Assembly (NCBI GenBank): GCA_017456765.1
Contig: JAFTIR010000003.1
Span: forward strand, 34,198 to 98,197
Reading direction: 5' to 3'
Length of the DNA: 64,000 nucleotides
Source of the DNA: Clostridia bacterium
Lineage (GTDB): Bacteria > Bacillota > Clostridia > Oscillospirales > CAG-382
Part shown: positions 7,935-17,734 of the stretch, piece after piece
Layout: every line of letters begins with the position of its first letter
Numbering within the stretch: position 1 is the first letter of the stretch
Position numbers and translations under genes: made by a program
The notes under the pieces: generated by a model
Seen by the model: only the letters and a program-made list of their open reading frames with translations
The model's database searches: none
Told to the model about the DNA's origin: nothing

Positions 7935-8006
7935 AGATAAAAAACTCCCGTCAAGTGTAAAAACTTAACGGGAGAATCTTTATATTGTTTTTTGTTGCCG
8001 AGAGCC

Positions 8007-8870
8007 TTAAGCACGACCTACAGAACCGAAGAGTTCCATCTTTTCCTTAACGGTAGCCTTGATTGCTTCAACGCCGGGAGCGAGAACCTTTCTGGGGTCA
8101 AAGCCCTTGCCTACAAGGTCCTTGCCTTCTTCAAAGTACTTTCTTGTAGCTGCTGTAAAGCTGAGCTGACATTCTGTGTTTACATTGATTTTGGAAACGC
8201 CAAGAGAAATAGCCTTCTTAATCATGTCCTCGGGGATACCTGTACCGCCGTGGAGAACGAGGGGCATCTTTCCGACCTTTTCGGAAACGGCTGCAAGTGT
8301 TTCAAAGGAAAGACCCGGCCAGTTTTCGGGATACTTGCCGTGGATGTTGCCAATGCCTGCTGCGAGCATTGTAACGCCGAGGTCTGCAATCATCTTACAT
8401 TCGTTGGGGTCTGCACATTCGCCTGCACCAACAACGCCGTCTTCTTCGCCGCCGATAGCACCTACTTCTGCTTCAAGGGAAAGACCCTTTTCGTTACAGA
8501 TTTTTACAAGCTCTGTTGTCTTTGCAATATTTTCCTCGATGGGATAATGAGAACCGTCGAACATTACGGATGAGAAGCCTGCTTCAATACACTTGAGAGC
8601 ATGCTCATAGGAGCCGTGGTCAAGGTGAATAGCAACGGGAACTGTAATTCCGAGTTCTTTAATCATGCCCTTAACCATGCCGACTACTGTTGTATAGCCG
8701 CACATATATTTGCCTGCACCCTCAGATACACCGAGAATTACGGGGCTCTTAAGCTCTTCGGCTGTCTGAAGAATAGCCTTTGTCCACTCTAAATTGTTGA
8801 TGTTGAACTGACCTACCGCATAGTGTCCTTCCTTTGCCTTGGTCAGCATTTCCTTTGCAGAAACTAACAT
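8007..8870 (-). CDS. fba: Class II fructose-1,6-bisphosphate aldolase
   Basis: Collinear along its full length with FbaA-type aldolases (VAIHLDHG, LVLHGGTGIP). Confidence 0.92.
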   Translation of the reverse strand: MLVSAKEMLTKAKEGHYAVGQFNINNLEWTKAILQTAEELKSPVILGVSEGAGKYMCGYTTVVGMVKGMIKELGITVPVAIHLDHGSYEHALKCIEAGFSSVMFDGSHYPIEENIAKTTELVKICNEKGLSLEAEVGAIGGEEDGVVGAGECADPNECKMIADLGVTMLAAGIGNIHGKYPENWPGLSFETLAAVSEKVGKMPLVLHGGTGIPEDMIKKAISLGVSKINVNTECQLSFTAATRKYFEEGKDLVGKGFDPRKVLAPGVEAIKATVKEKMELFGSVGRA

Positions 8871-8929
8871 TTTGTTTTCCTCCGTTAATCTATATGTTTT
8901 TTTATTATAACCAAATTTTCTTTTTTACA

Positions 8930-9928
8930 TCAAAGAAGAATTATGCCTTCTTCTTCGAGCTTCTTTACCTTATCGTCGGGCCATACCGAAGCCTGCACCT
9001 CGCCGATATGTACCTTGCGAAGATAGAACATACACAGTCTTGACTGACCTATACCTCCACCGATAGTGTAAGGAAGACGTCTTTCCAAGATAGCCTTGTG
9101 GAATTCTAAGCTCCGTCTGTTGTCACAGCCTGAAATTCTAAGCTGTTTGTCAAGAGCCTCCTCGTCAACACGTATGCCCATGCTTGAAATTTCGAGTGCA
9201 ATTTCAAGGACGGGGTACCATAAAAGAATGTCGCAGTTCATTGTCCAGTCGTCGTAGTCGGGACTTCTGCCGTCGTGCTTCTTGCCGGATTTAAGCGCAC
9301 CGCCTATCTGCATAAGACAAACAGCACCCTTTTCCTTGGTTATCGCATTTTCCCTATCCTTTGATGAAAGGGTGGGGTACATATCCTCAAGCTCCTGGGT
9401 TGTGATGAAAGTTATTTCGTCGGGAAGCAGGTGCTTCTGGTATTCTTTTGCAAGAGCGGGGAAATGATAAGACATATGCTGCTCTGTGCTTTTAAGTACC
9501 CTGTATATTTTCTTTACTGTTTTCTTTAATGTTTCAATTGTTCTGTCCGACTTCTCAATTACTCTTTCCCAGTCCCACTGGTCGACGTAAAGGGAATGGA
9601 TTGCGTCTGTTTCCTCGTCACGTCTGATTGCGTTCATGTCGGTGTATAAACCTTCGCCCGGAAGAAAACCGTATTTGCCAAGGGCAAATCTCTTCCACTT
9701 TGCGAGCGACTGTACAATCTGAACGTCTCTTCCCGTTTCAAGTATATCAAACTGAACGGGTCTTTCTGTGCCGTTAAGGGCATCATTAAGTCCCGATTCG
9801 GGAGTTACAAAAAGGGGCGCCGAAACTCTTGTCAGATTAAGGGATGCCGCAAGCTCTCTTTCAAAATAGTCCTTGCAAGCCTTAATCGCAACCTGAGTGT
9901 CTTTAACATTAAGGATTGACTTGTACAT
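8930..9928 (-). CDS. asnA: Aspartate-ammonia ligase (asparagine synthetase A)
   Basis: Matches AsnA at [30 protein letters not shown] and [12 protein letters not shown]. The start is set at MYKSILNV; the track ORF extends 32 codons further upstream. Confidence 0.9.
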   Translation of the reverse strand: MYKSILNVKDTQVAIKACKDYFERELAASLNLTRVSAPLFVTPESGLNDALNGTERPVQFDILETGRDVQIVQSLAKWKRFALGKYGFLPGEGLYTDMNAIRRDEETDAIHSLYVDQWDWERVIEKSDRTIETLKKTVKKIYRVLKSTEQHMSYHFPALAKEYQKHLLPDEITFITTQELEDMYPTLSSKDRENAITKEKGAVCLMQIGGALKSGKKHDGRSPDYDDWTMNCDILLWYPVLEIALEISSMGIRVDEEALDKQLRISGCDNRRSLEFHKAILERRLPYTIGGGIGQSRLCMFYLRKVHIGEVQASVWPDDKVKKLEEEGIILL

Positions 9929-10058
9929 TTGTATCACTCCTTTAAACAAAATCTTACATTTAAGTTTAGCACAAATAAAGAATGTATGCAAGTGTTTTTT
10001 TGTCAATTGTCCGAAAATTAGCAATATGTCCTATTTTTCCCCAAATATCGCAAAAAAC

Positions 10059-10087
10059 TTGACATATCCATAAATTTGTTGTACAAT
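10059..10087 (+). promoter_or_regulatory. Sigma-A promoter for birA
   Basis: TTGACA (10059..10064), 17 nt, TACAAT (10082..10087). Confidence 0.5.
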
Positions 10088-10127
10088 TTTATTTGGTAAA
10101 ATTTTGAAACTGCGGGAGGTGACGTCG

Positions 10128-10910
10128 GTGAATAATACAAAGGCTGTTCTTGAGAGCAAAGCAAATGTCTGCGGAAAGAATATAACAGTTCTTTCGTCCG
10201 TGGATTCTACCAATAACTATGTAAAAGAACACGCAGATATTCTTCCTGACGGTCACATTGTCGTTGCTAATGAGCAGCTCTCCGGCAGAGGCAGACAGGG
10301 CAAGAAATTCTATTCTCCTTCCGGCGAGGGACTTTACATGAGTATTCTTGTCAAGGACACAAAGCTTATCGATGATGAGCTTTTTACTGCAAAAATCTGC
10401 CTTGCTGTATGCCGTGCCATTGATAGGCTTACGGGTACGGACAATAACAGCGGCGTCGGAATTAAGTGGGTAAATGATATTTACTTTGGCAAAAAGAAGC
10501 TGTGCGGAATACTCTGCGAGCGTTTTAGAAGTCCTTACGACAAAACTTATGTTGTTGCCGGAGTGGGTGTGAATGTCAGCTTGCTCGGCAGTACAATTCC
10601 CAAGGATTTGAGAAGCATTGTGACTTCTCTTTATGACATAACAAAAAAGGTATATGACAGATTTGAACTTGCGTCACTTATATGCGAAGAATTTGAAAAG
10701 GTGTTTAGCCTTGAAAATACAGAAGTGCTTTGTGAGTATAAGAGACGTTCCATAGTTATCGGACGTGAAATAAGGATTGTCAGAGAAGAAGGAGATATAA
10801 GGGCGGCGGCTCTTGATATATGCGAGGACGGAGCGCTTTTAGTGCGTACCGAAGAAGGGTATACACAGAAGCTCTGCGGCGGTGAAATTACAATAAGGCT
10901 TAAGAAATGA
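10128..10910 (+). CDS. birA: Biotin-[acetyl-CoA-carboxylase] ligase, class I (no N-terminal HTH)
   Basis: Carries the GRGRQGKKFYSP motif and KWVNDIY. GGGAGG lies 8 nt before GTG 10128, while the track starts at TTG 10104. Confidence 0.8.
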   Translation: MNNTKAVLESKANVCGKNITVLSSVDSTNNYVKEHADILPDGHIVVANEQLSGRGRQGKKFYSPSGEGLYMSILVKDTKLIDDELFTAKICLAVCRAIDRLTGTDNNSGVGIKWVNDIYFGKKKLCGILCERFRSPYDKTYVVAGVGVNVSLLGSTIPKDLRSIVTSLYDITKKVYDRFELASLICEEFEKVFSLENTEVLCEYKRRSIVIGREIRIVREEGDIRAAALDICEDGALLVRTEEGYTQKLCGGEITIRLKK

Positions 10911-11016
10911 GAAATTAGGAATTAGGAATGGTTGTTGATATTTGACATAGTCAAAATTCTCCATTATCATCTATTTGTAGCAAATGTAAATTTAATAAAT
11001 AAATTGAATATTTTGC

Positions 11017-11045
11017 TTGCAAACCCACAAACTATGTGATATAAT
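11017..11045 (+). promoter_or_regulatory. Sigma-A promoter for pgk-tpiA
   Basis: TTGCAA (11017..11022), 17 nt, extended -10 TGaTATAAT (TATAAT 11040..11045). Confidence 0.5.
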
Positions 11046-11102
11046 CACAAAGGCAAAAGATTGTTAAAAAAATAATTATTATATACAAGAGAGGTAAAAA
11101 CA

Positions 11103-12401
11103 ATGTTAAACAAGAAGACAGTTGAAGATCTTAACGTAAAAGGTAAAAAAGTTCTTGTAAGATGTGACTTCAATGTTCCCCTTAAGGACGGCGTTATCAC
11201 AAGCGACAAGAGAATCGTTTCCGCACTCCCCACAATCAAGTATTTGCTTGATAACGGTGCAAAGGTAATCCTCTGCTCTCATATGGGCAAGCCTCACGCA
11301 ATTCTTACAGAAGGCTTCGGTCTTGATAAGAAGGAAAAGAAAAAGGTAGAGGCTCTTCCTGCGGAAGAACAGGCAGCAGCTAAGGCAAAGTTCCTTGAAG
11401 AAGCAAAGAAGAATGACCCCGTGAAGTTTACATTAAAGCCCGTTGCTGACAGACTTAATGAGCTTCTCGGCGGTGTTGTAACATTCGCAAGCGATATTGT
11501 TGGCGAAGATGCAAAGGCAAAGATTGCTGCCCTTGAAGAAGGCAAGGCAGTTCTTCTTGAAAACGTAAGATTTGACGCAAGAGAAACAAAGAACGAAGAA
11601 TCCTTCTCAAAGGAACTCGCTTCTCTTTGCGACCTTTATGTAAATGATGCATTCGGTTCTGCTCACAGAGCTCACTGCTCAACTGCAGGTGTTACAGACT
11701 TCGTAGCAGAAGCAGCTTGCGGCTATCTTATCCAGAAAGAACTCGAAGTTATGGGCGGCGCACTTGCAAATCCCGTTCGTCCCTTCGTTGCAATACTTGG
11801 CGGCGCAAAGGTTTCCGATAAGATTGGTGTTATTGAAAACCTCATTGAAAAGGTTGACACACTTATCATCGGCGGCGGTATGGCTTATACATTCATGAAG
11901 GCTCTCGGCAACACAATTGGTACATCTCTTTGTGAAGAAGACAAAATTGACCTTGCTATCGAGCTTATGGATAAGGCAAGGGCAAAGGGAGTAAGCTTCC
12001 TCCTTCCCGTAGACAACATGATTGGTAGAGAATACAAGGAAGATACAGAATTTATGAGAATCTATTCCGATGCTATTCCTGACGGTTGGATGGGTCTTGA
12101 CATCGGTCCTACAACAATAGAACTCTTTGCTAAGACTCTTAAGGGTGCAGGTACAGTAGTATGGAACGGTCCTATGGGCGTTTCCGAATGGAAGAACTTC
12201 GCTGCAGGTACAGAAAATGTAGCTAAGGCTGTTGCTGAAAGCGGTGCAATCTCCATCATCGGTGGTGGTGACTCTGCTGCTGCTGTTGAAAAGCTCGGCT
12301 ATGCTGATAAGATGACACACATCTCCACAGGTGGCGGTGCATCTCTTGAATTCCTCGAAGGTAAAGACCTTCCCGGTATTTCTGCACTTAACAATAAGTA
12401 A
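11103..12401 (+). CDS. pgk: Phosphoglycerate kinase with an N-domain insertion of about 36 aa
   Basis: Carries [34 protein letters not shown] and STGGGASLE. An extra Lys/Ala/Glu-rich segment lies between SHMGKP and FTLKPVA. Confidence 0.93.
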   Translation: MLNKKTVEDLNVKGKKVLVRCDFNVPLKDGVITSDKRIVSALPTIKYLLDNGAKVILCSHMGKPHAILTEGFGLDKKEKKKVEALPAEEQAAAKAKFLEEAKKNDPVKFTLKPVADRLNELLGGVVTFASDIVGEDAKAKIAALEEGKAVLLENVRFDARETKNEESFSKELASLCDLYVNDAFGSAHRAHCSTAGVTDFVAEAACGYLIQKELEVMGGALANPVRPFVAILGGAKVSDKIGVIENLIEKVDTLIIGGGMAYTFMKALGNTIGTSLCEEDKIDLAIELMDKARAKGVSFLLPVDNMIGREYKEDTEFMRIYSDAIPDGWMGLDIGPTTIELFAKTLKGAGTVVWNGPMGVSEWKNFAAGTENVAKAVAESGAISIIGGGDSAAAVEKLGYADKMTHISTGGGASLEFLEGKDLPGISALNNK

Positions 12402-12628
12402 GCAAAAAGAAAATAATTTGGCTCGGTTCGTTTTGCGGATTTAAGCTGATTGTTTTCTCACAAGTTAAATTATAATAAATTTCCCTGTCGCCCGCCTTAA
12501 TGGCGACAGGGAAACGCTCTTGTCGAGCATCATACATAAAAACTAAAACTATAAAAGAATGTTGCCAAAAGCAAGTTCTTTTGCCTACTTTTCTTTCAAG
12601 AAAAGTAGGAGGAAAAGGAGAAATAAAA
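12402..12628. repeat. Hairpin-rich spacer inside the pgk-tpiA operon
   Basis: Perfect hairpins at 12482..12512 (11-bp stem) and 12584..12609 (CCTACTTTTCTT/AAGAAAAGTAGG). The track extends the tpiA ORF through this region, but the RBS and MRRLVIAGNWKMN place the start at 12629. Confidence 0.55.
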
Positions 12629-13384
12629 ATGAGAAGATTAGTTATTGCCGGTAACTGGAAGATGAACAAGACACCTTCCGAAACAAAGGCGTTTTTAGAA
12701 GCACTTAAGCCTGTTGTAGCAGGCAAGGATAATTGTGACATCGTTTGCTGCGTACCTGCAACAAACCTTGCAACCGCAGTTGAAACAGCAAAGGGCACAA
12801 ACATCAAGATTGGTGCACAGAACGTACACTTCGCAAAGAGCGGTGCATACACTGGTGAAACAAGTGCTGATATGCTCGTTGACCTTGGTGTTGAATACGT
12901 AATCATCGGTCACTCCGAAAGAAGACAGTACTTTGCAGAAACAGACGAAACAGTAAATGCAAGAGTTAAGGCTGCTCTCGAAGCAGGTCTCAAGGTTATC
13001 CTCTGTGTTGGTGAACTTGAAAAGGAAAGAGATCAGGGCATCACAGCTGAAATTCTCGGCAAGCAGACAAAGGTTGACCTTCTTGATGTAACTGCAGAGC
13101 AGATGAAGAATGTTATTATTGCATACGAACCCGTATGGGCTATCGGTACAGGCAAGACAGCTACAAACGAACAGGCTGACGAGGCTTGCGGCGTTGTAAG
13201 AAGTGTTGTTGCAGAGCTTTACGGAAAGGCTGTTGCTGACGAAACAATCGTTCAGTACGGCGGTTCTATGAACGCAAAGAACTGTGCAGACCTTCTCAAG
13301 TGCGAAAACGTTGACGGCGGTCTTATCGGCGGCGCTTCCTTAAAGACCGAGGACTTCGGCATCATCGTAGACGCTGCACAGTAA
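12629..13384 (+). CDS. tpiA: Triosephosphate isomerase
   Basis: Carries AGNWKMN, IIGHSERR, YEPVWAIGTG and GGLIGGASL. AAGGAG lies 8 nt before ATG 12629. Confidence 0.93.
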   Translation: MRRLVIAGNWKMNKTPSETKAFLEALKPVVAGKDNCDIVCCVPATNLATAVETAKGTNIKIGAQNVHFAKSGAYTGETSADMLVDLGVEYVIIGHSERRQYFAETDETVNARVKAALEAGLKVILCVGELEKERDQGITAEILGKQTKVDLLDVTAEQMKNVIIAYEPVWAIGTGKTATNEQADEACGVVRSVVAELYGKAVADETIVQYGGSMNAKNCADLLKCENVDGGLIGGASLKTEDFGIIVDAAQ

Positions 13385-13773
13385 GTCACTGCTGACAATT
13401 TCGCGGGGCGGAGAGCCTCCGCCGGCAATTTCGCGGGCAGCGTCTTATAAACAACAAGCTGCAAAAGTCGCGGAACAAACCTTTTGTTGCCGCATATAAG
13501 TCTCGCGGCAACAAAAAACAACACCGACAAATTCCGGTGCTGTATAAGTGTATATTTCACGGTTAGCCATCCCCTGCATCAAACAGCGAAGCAGGGGATT
13601 TGTTTTATCCGTGAATATTGCGCCTGCCTAAATATTTCCAAATAGTTGGTGAAAAAATATTTTCTCTTTGCTTACTTTCTCTTTTTATCAAAGAGAAAGT
13701 AAGAGAAAAACAACGCCGCGGTTTTGCCGCGGCGTCTAACTTTATTATAATATATTTTAATTGTAAAATGTAA
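13385..13773. repeat. Convergent intergenic region filled with dissimilar perfect hairpins
   Basis: Hairpins at 13407..13423, 13485..13513, 13522..13539, 13569..13599, 13671..13703 (14-bp stem) and 13713..13735. There is also a direct repeat CAATTTCGCGGG at 13396 and 13425. Confidence 0.6.
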
Positions 13774-15099
13774 TTATTCTTTGTCTTCTTTATCGTCATC
13801 CTCATCGTCGCGGGACTTTTTCTTTGGACTTTCATCATCGTCCTCGTCCTCAATGGGATTTACGGTAAGCTTTATTTCTTCGGCTCTTCGTCCGTCAACT
13901 TTTATTACCTCAAAGGTGAAGTTTTCGTAGTCGAATATGTCTCCGACCTCGGGCACTTTCTGGAGATTGTCGAGAACAAAGCCGTTAAGTGTGGCATTTG
14001 CTTCAAGCTCTTCGTCAGAGAATACGCAGATATCGGCAATGTCATTAAGAGCGGAAGAAGCGTTGATGATGTATGTAACCTCGTCAATCTGCTTTATGTT
14101 TTCAATAACTTCGTCATGCTCATCCCAGATTTCACCGACAAGACCCTCAAGCACATCTTCCATTGTTACAAGACCTGCTGTTCCGCCGTATTCGTCAACG
14201 ACTACTGCCATGTGAGTCTTGGCAGACTGGAATTCACGAAGCAATTTTGAAATCTTCATGCCTTCTGTTATGCAGATAACACCGTGAACAATTTCGTTTA
14301 TGTCGCTTTGTCCGTCGTGAAGCATTTTGTTGAAATCCTTCTCGTGCATAACACCGATAATGTTGTCAATTGTATCCTGATATACGGGAAGTCTTGAGAA
14401 GCCGCTTGTGCGATAAACTTCGCGGATTTCCTCGATGGGTGTGTCGGCACTTATTGCCACAATGTCAACTCGGGGAGTGAGTACTGCCGCAACCTCAAGG
14501 TCGTTGAACTCGATAGCACTCTTGATAAGCTCGCTTTCGTGTTCGTCAATCTCGCCGCCGCTTTCAGCTTCCTCAACCATTGTGAGGATTTCATCTTCCG
14601 TAACGGTGTCAACCGTTTCAACCTTGAAAATGAGCGCCAAAAGCTTTTTCCAAAGCGAGAAAATGAATGTAATTGGTGTAAGAATAGCAATAACAAACTT
14701 GACAATTCCACAGGTAGCCATTGCATACTTTTCGGCAAAGTCCTTTGCCAGAGTTTTCGGTGTAATTTCACCGAAGATTAGTACCACAACCGTCATGACG
14801 ATTGTTGAAACTGTGGGAGCAAGCTCTTCTCTTCCTGCGAGTAGGTTTGCAAACATAAGACCCGAAACGGTTGTTGCGGTTATGTTTACAATGTTGTTTC
14901 CGACAAGTATTGTGGAAAGAAATTTTTCATATCTGTCCTCAATGTCAAGTACGGCTTTTGCCCTTTTGTTTCCGTCCTGGGCAAGTGTTTTCATACGGTT
15001 TTTGTTAAAACTCGTAAAAGCTGTTTCAGTTCCTGAGAAAAACGCAGATAACATTACCAAGATTATAAGTACTATTATCTGCCACCCGGCACCGTCCAT
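13774..15099 (-). CDS. Hemolysin-family / CNNM-type protein (DUF21 TM domain, CBS pair, CorC_HlyC) with an acidic C-terminal tail
   Basis: N-terminal TM region, CBS-like middle, then GGTAGLVTMEDVLEGLVGEIWDEHD. The tail reads EDEDDDESPKKKSRDDEDDDKEDKE. Confidence 0.85.
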   Translation of the reverse strand: MDGAGWQIIVLIILVMLSAFFSGTETAFTSFNKNRMKTLAQDGNKRAKAVLDIEDRYEKFLSTILVGNNIVNITATTVSGLMFANLLAGREELAPTVSTIVMTVVVLIFGEITPKTLAKDFAEKYAMATCGIVKFVIAILTPITFIFSLWKKLLALIFKVETVDTVTEDEILTMVEEAESGGEIDEHESELIKSAIEFNDLEVAAVLTPRVDIVAISADTPIEEIREVYRTSGFSRLPVYQDTIDNIIGVMHEKDFNKMLHDGQSDINEIVHGVICITEGMKISKLLREFQSAKTHMAVVVDEYGGTAGLVTMEDVLEGLVGEIWDEHDEVIENIKQIDEVTYIINASSALNDIADICVFSDEELEANATLNGFVLDNLQKVPEVGDIFDYENFTFEVIKVDGRRAEEIKLTVNPIEDEDDDESPKKKSRDDEDDDKEDKE

Positions 15100-15250
15100 T
15101 AAAAAATCAACTCCTGTTTCCTATAATAAAGTTATAGTGATTGTAGCATACTCGGGTAAAAATTGCAAGCGTTGTTCACAATTATTTGAGATTTAGACAC
15201 ACACTGTACAAAGAAAAGCGGGACAGTCTGTAAAACCGTCCCACAAAATG

Positions 15251-15595
15251 CTATTTTTTGAAACTGATAAATCCCGATGCATCAAGCATCGCAAAAAACT
15301 GTGTAAGCCTTTCATAAACGGGATTTGCCGCATCACCGAAGTGATCACTTACAAGCTCTCCTATTCGGATTATATCTTTTTCACCGTCAACGCATTTCCA
15401 TACAAAGCTGCCGTTTTCGTCCAGATGAATGTAGCTTACTTTGGGCTTTTTTGCAATGCGTTGCAAAAGTCGGTTGAAAAAGCCCTTGTTGTCAATTTCT
15501 ATTGTGACAAGTCCGTCATCATTTTCCGTCCATCTGAATTTTTCATTTAAGACGGGAATTTTTTCAAGATAGTTTTCTGCCTGTTTTTTTGCCAT
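15251..15595 (-). CDS. PqqD-family / RRE-like small protein (114 aa)
   Basis: LDENGSFVWKCVDGEKDIIRIGELVSDHFGDAANPVYERLTQFFAMLDASGFISF matches the PqqD pattern (LNetgafiW..ldG..s..ei...l...y......v..dv..fl..L...gli). Its ATG overlaps the OPT stop (TAATG). Confidence 0.55.
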   Translation of the reverse strand: MAKKQAENYLEKIPVLNEKFRWTENDDGLVTIEIDNKGFFNRLLQRIAKKPKVSYIHLDENGSFVWKCVDGEKDIIRIGELVSDHFGDAANPVYERLTQFFAMLDASGFISFKK

Positions 15596-17547
15596 TACTT
15601 GCCTGCCTTATCTTTCCCGGGAAGAGAAAACTTGAGTACGCTGAGAACGATAAGTGCAAGAACAACAAGACCGAGAATGTTTGAAACATAAGCGGGAAGA
15701 CCGAGCTTTAACACAATTGCATCAGCGAGTGTGCTTTTTCCGAAAGGAATAATTGCAAGGACTGCAAGAAGAATACCCACAAGACCTTCGCCTGCAATCA
15801 TACCCGAGCAGAAGAGAGTACCGCCGGTGATTGCTTCCTCTCTCTTTTCTGCAGCCATCTTCTTCTTTTCGATAAAGAGTCTTATAAGACCGCCCACCAT
15901 AATGCAGGCATTGAGCTGAACGGGAAGATAAACACCGATAGCAAAGGGAAGAACGGGAATGCCGATTATTTCAACAACCACCGCAAGGAATACACCTGTA
16001 AATACAAGAGCCCAGGGAAGATTTCCTTCCATAACGCCCTCAACAATCATTTTCATAAGAGTTGCCTGGGGAGCACTAAGCTCATCGGAAACACCAAAAG
16101 GCCAGGCGGAATTAAGAAGATAGAGTGTGCCTCCGATTGCAAGTGCCGAAGCTATAACACCGATTATTTCACCGATCTGCTGTTTTTTCGGAGTAGAACC
16201 GAGAAGATAGCCTGTCTTTAAGTCCTGAGAGGTATCGCCCGCGATTGCTGCGACGATACAAATAATAGAGCCTATCGCGATTGCTGCTGTCATGCCGTGA
16301 GTACCGACATCTCCTGTTGCCTTGAGAAGAAGTGTGGAAACAAGAAGAGTTGCGATTGCCATACCGGATACAGGGTTGTTACTGCTTCCTACAAGACCCA
16401 CCATTCTTGACGAAACGGTAGCAAAGAAGAAGCCGAATACAACGATAATTACTGCACCTAAAAGTGAAACGGGCACTGCAGGGATGAGCCAAATGAGAAG
16501 AGTAAGAACAACAATGGCTGCTATTACAACTTTGAAACTTATGTTTCTTGCTGTTCTTTCGTTGCCTGATGTACCGGAAGCACTCATGCCTTTAAGAGCA
16601 TCTCTGAATGTACGTACAATAAGGGGAAGTGATTTTACAAGGCTGATAATACCGCCGGCGGCAAGAGCACCTGCACCGATGTATCTGATGTAACTGCCCC
16701 AAATATCGCCTGCACCGCCTTTTGCAAAAATTTCTGCGATTGTTTTTGTCCCGGGATAGATGATTGCCTCAGCACCAAAAAGTGTGATAATGGGAATAAG
16801 CACCATCCACGAAAGAACACCGCCTGCGAACATATAGGAGGAAATTCTCGGACCGCAGATAAAGCCGACACTTACAAGTGCAGGATAAACCTGAGTACCG
16901 ATTTCACCGTTATAGCCCTTGAAGAACTTGGAAAAAGCAAGATTGATTCCACCCGGAACAGCTTTTATGCCGTCAACGATAAACTTGAAGAGAGCTGCGA
17001 AACCCATACCCGCAAATACAGTAGAGGCATTTGCACCGCCCTTTTCACCTGCAAGAAGAACCTCAGCACAAGCTGTACCTTCAGGGTATGGAAGTGTGCC
17101 GTGTTCTTTAACGATAAGAGCATTGCGCAGGGGAATCATAAAGAATACACCTAAGAGTCCTCCGATAAAAGCGATAAGTGTAATCTCTATGAATTTGGGA
17201 CTGGAAAAGCTGTCTGATTCTGCTGCCCACATGAAGAGTGCGGGAAGTGTGAAGATTGCACCTGCTGCAACAGACTCACCGGCAGAGCCTATGGTCTGCA
17301 CAATGTTACTCTCAAGGATTGAGTTTTTCTTCATGATAACTCTGATAACACCCATTGCGATAACTGCTGCAGGAATGGATGCCGATACTGTCATACCTAC
17401 CCTAAGACCGAGGTATGCGTTTGCTGCGCCGAATACAACCGCAAGAATAATACCCATAATAATGGAGGTTACGGTGATTTCGGGAGTAACCTTTTCTGCG
17501 GGAATATATGGCTTGAAATTGTTTTGATTGTTCATAATATTCTCCAT
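15595..17547 (-). CDS. OPT-family oligopeptide transporter
   Basis: A 650-aa polytopic membrane protein with N-terminal YIPAEKVTPEITVTSIIMGIILAVVFGAANAYLGLRVGMTVSASIPAAV, typical of bacterial OPT proteins. Confidence 0.88.
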   Translation of the reverse strand: MENIMNNQNNFKPYIPAEKVTPEITVTSIIMGIILAVVFGAANAYLGLRVGMTVSASIPAAVIAMGVIRVIMKKNSILESNIVQTIGSAGESVAAGAIFTLPALFMWAAESDSFSSPKFIEITLIAFIGGLLGVFFMIPLRNALIVKEHGTLPYPEGTACAEVLLAGEKGGANASTVFAGMGFAALFKFIVDGIKAVPGGINLAFSKFFKGYNGEIGTQVYPALVSVGFICGPRISSYMFAGGVLSWMVLIPIITLFGAEAIIYPGTKTIAEIFAKGGAGDIWGSYIRYIGAGALAAGGIISLVKSLPLIVRTFRDALKGMSASGTSGNERTARNISFKVVIAAIVVLTLLIWLIPAVPVSLLGAVIIVVFGFFFATVSSRMVGLVGSSNNPVSGMAIATLLVSTLLLKATGDVGTHGMTAAIAIGSIICIVAAIAGDTSQDLKTGYLLGSTPKKQQIGEIIGVIASALAIGGTLYLLNSAWPFGVSDELSAPQATLMKMIVEGVMEGNLPWALVFTGVFLAVVVEIIGIPVLPFAIGVYLPVQLNACIMVGGLIRLFIEKKKMAAEKREEAITGGTLFCSGMIAGEGLVGILLAVLAIIPFGKSTLADAIVLKLGLPAYVSNILGLVVLALIVLSVLKFSLPGKDKAGK

Positions 17548-17734
17548 TCTTTAATTTATTTTGTAAACAAATCGAGTTATTATACCACACAACACGTAAC
17601 ATTTGCAAGGCTTTGGTGGCGGTTTTAACACTTTGGACATTACTTTGTTTGTTCTTTTGTCCCGAAACAAAAGAACCAAAAATTCTCCCGAAAAACAAAA
17701 AAGAACTGCCGCTTTCACGACAGTCCCAAAACCA

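Noticed and set aside
10913-10929. The motif AATTAGGAATTAGGAAT after birA, with related AGGAATGAGGAATTAGGAAT (reverse complement of 62378..62397) and AGGAATTAG (near 62505) in the arg cluster.
   Set aside because: The motif is short and purine-rich, and at argB it simply forms the ribosome-binding region. Three loosely matching copies are not enough to claim a repeat family without a genome-wide count.
12500-12628. A 43-codon N-terminal extension of tpiA in the track.
   Set aside because: The extension crosses the hairpin-rich spacer. Conserved TpiA begins at MRRLVIAGNWKMN with AAGGAG 8 nt upstream of ATG 12629.
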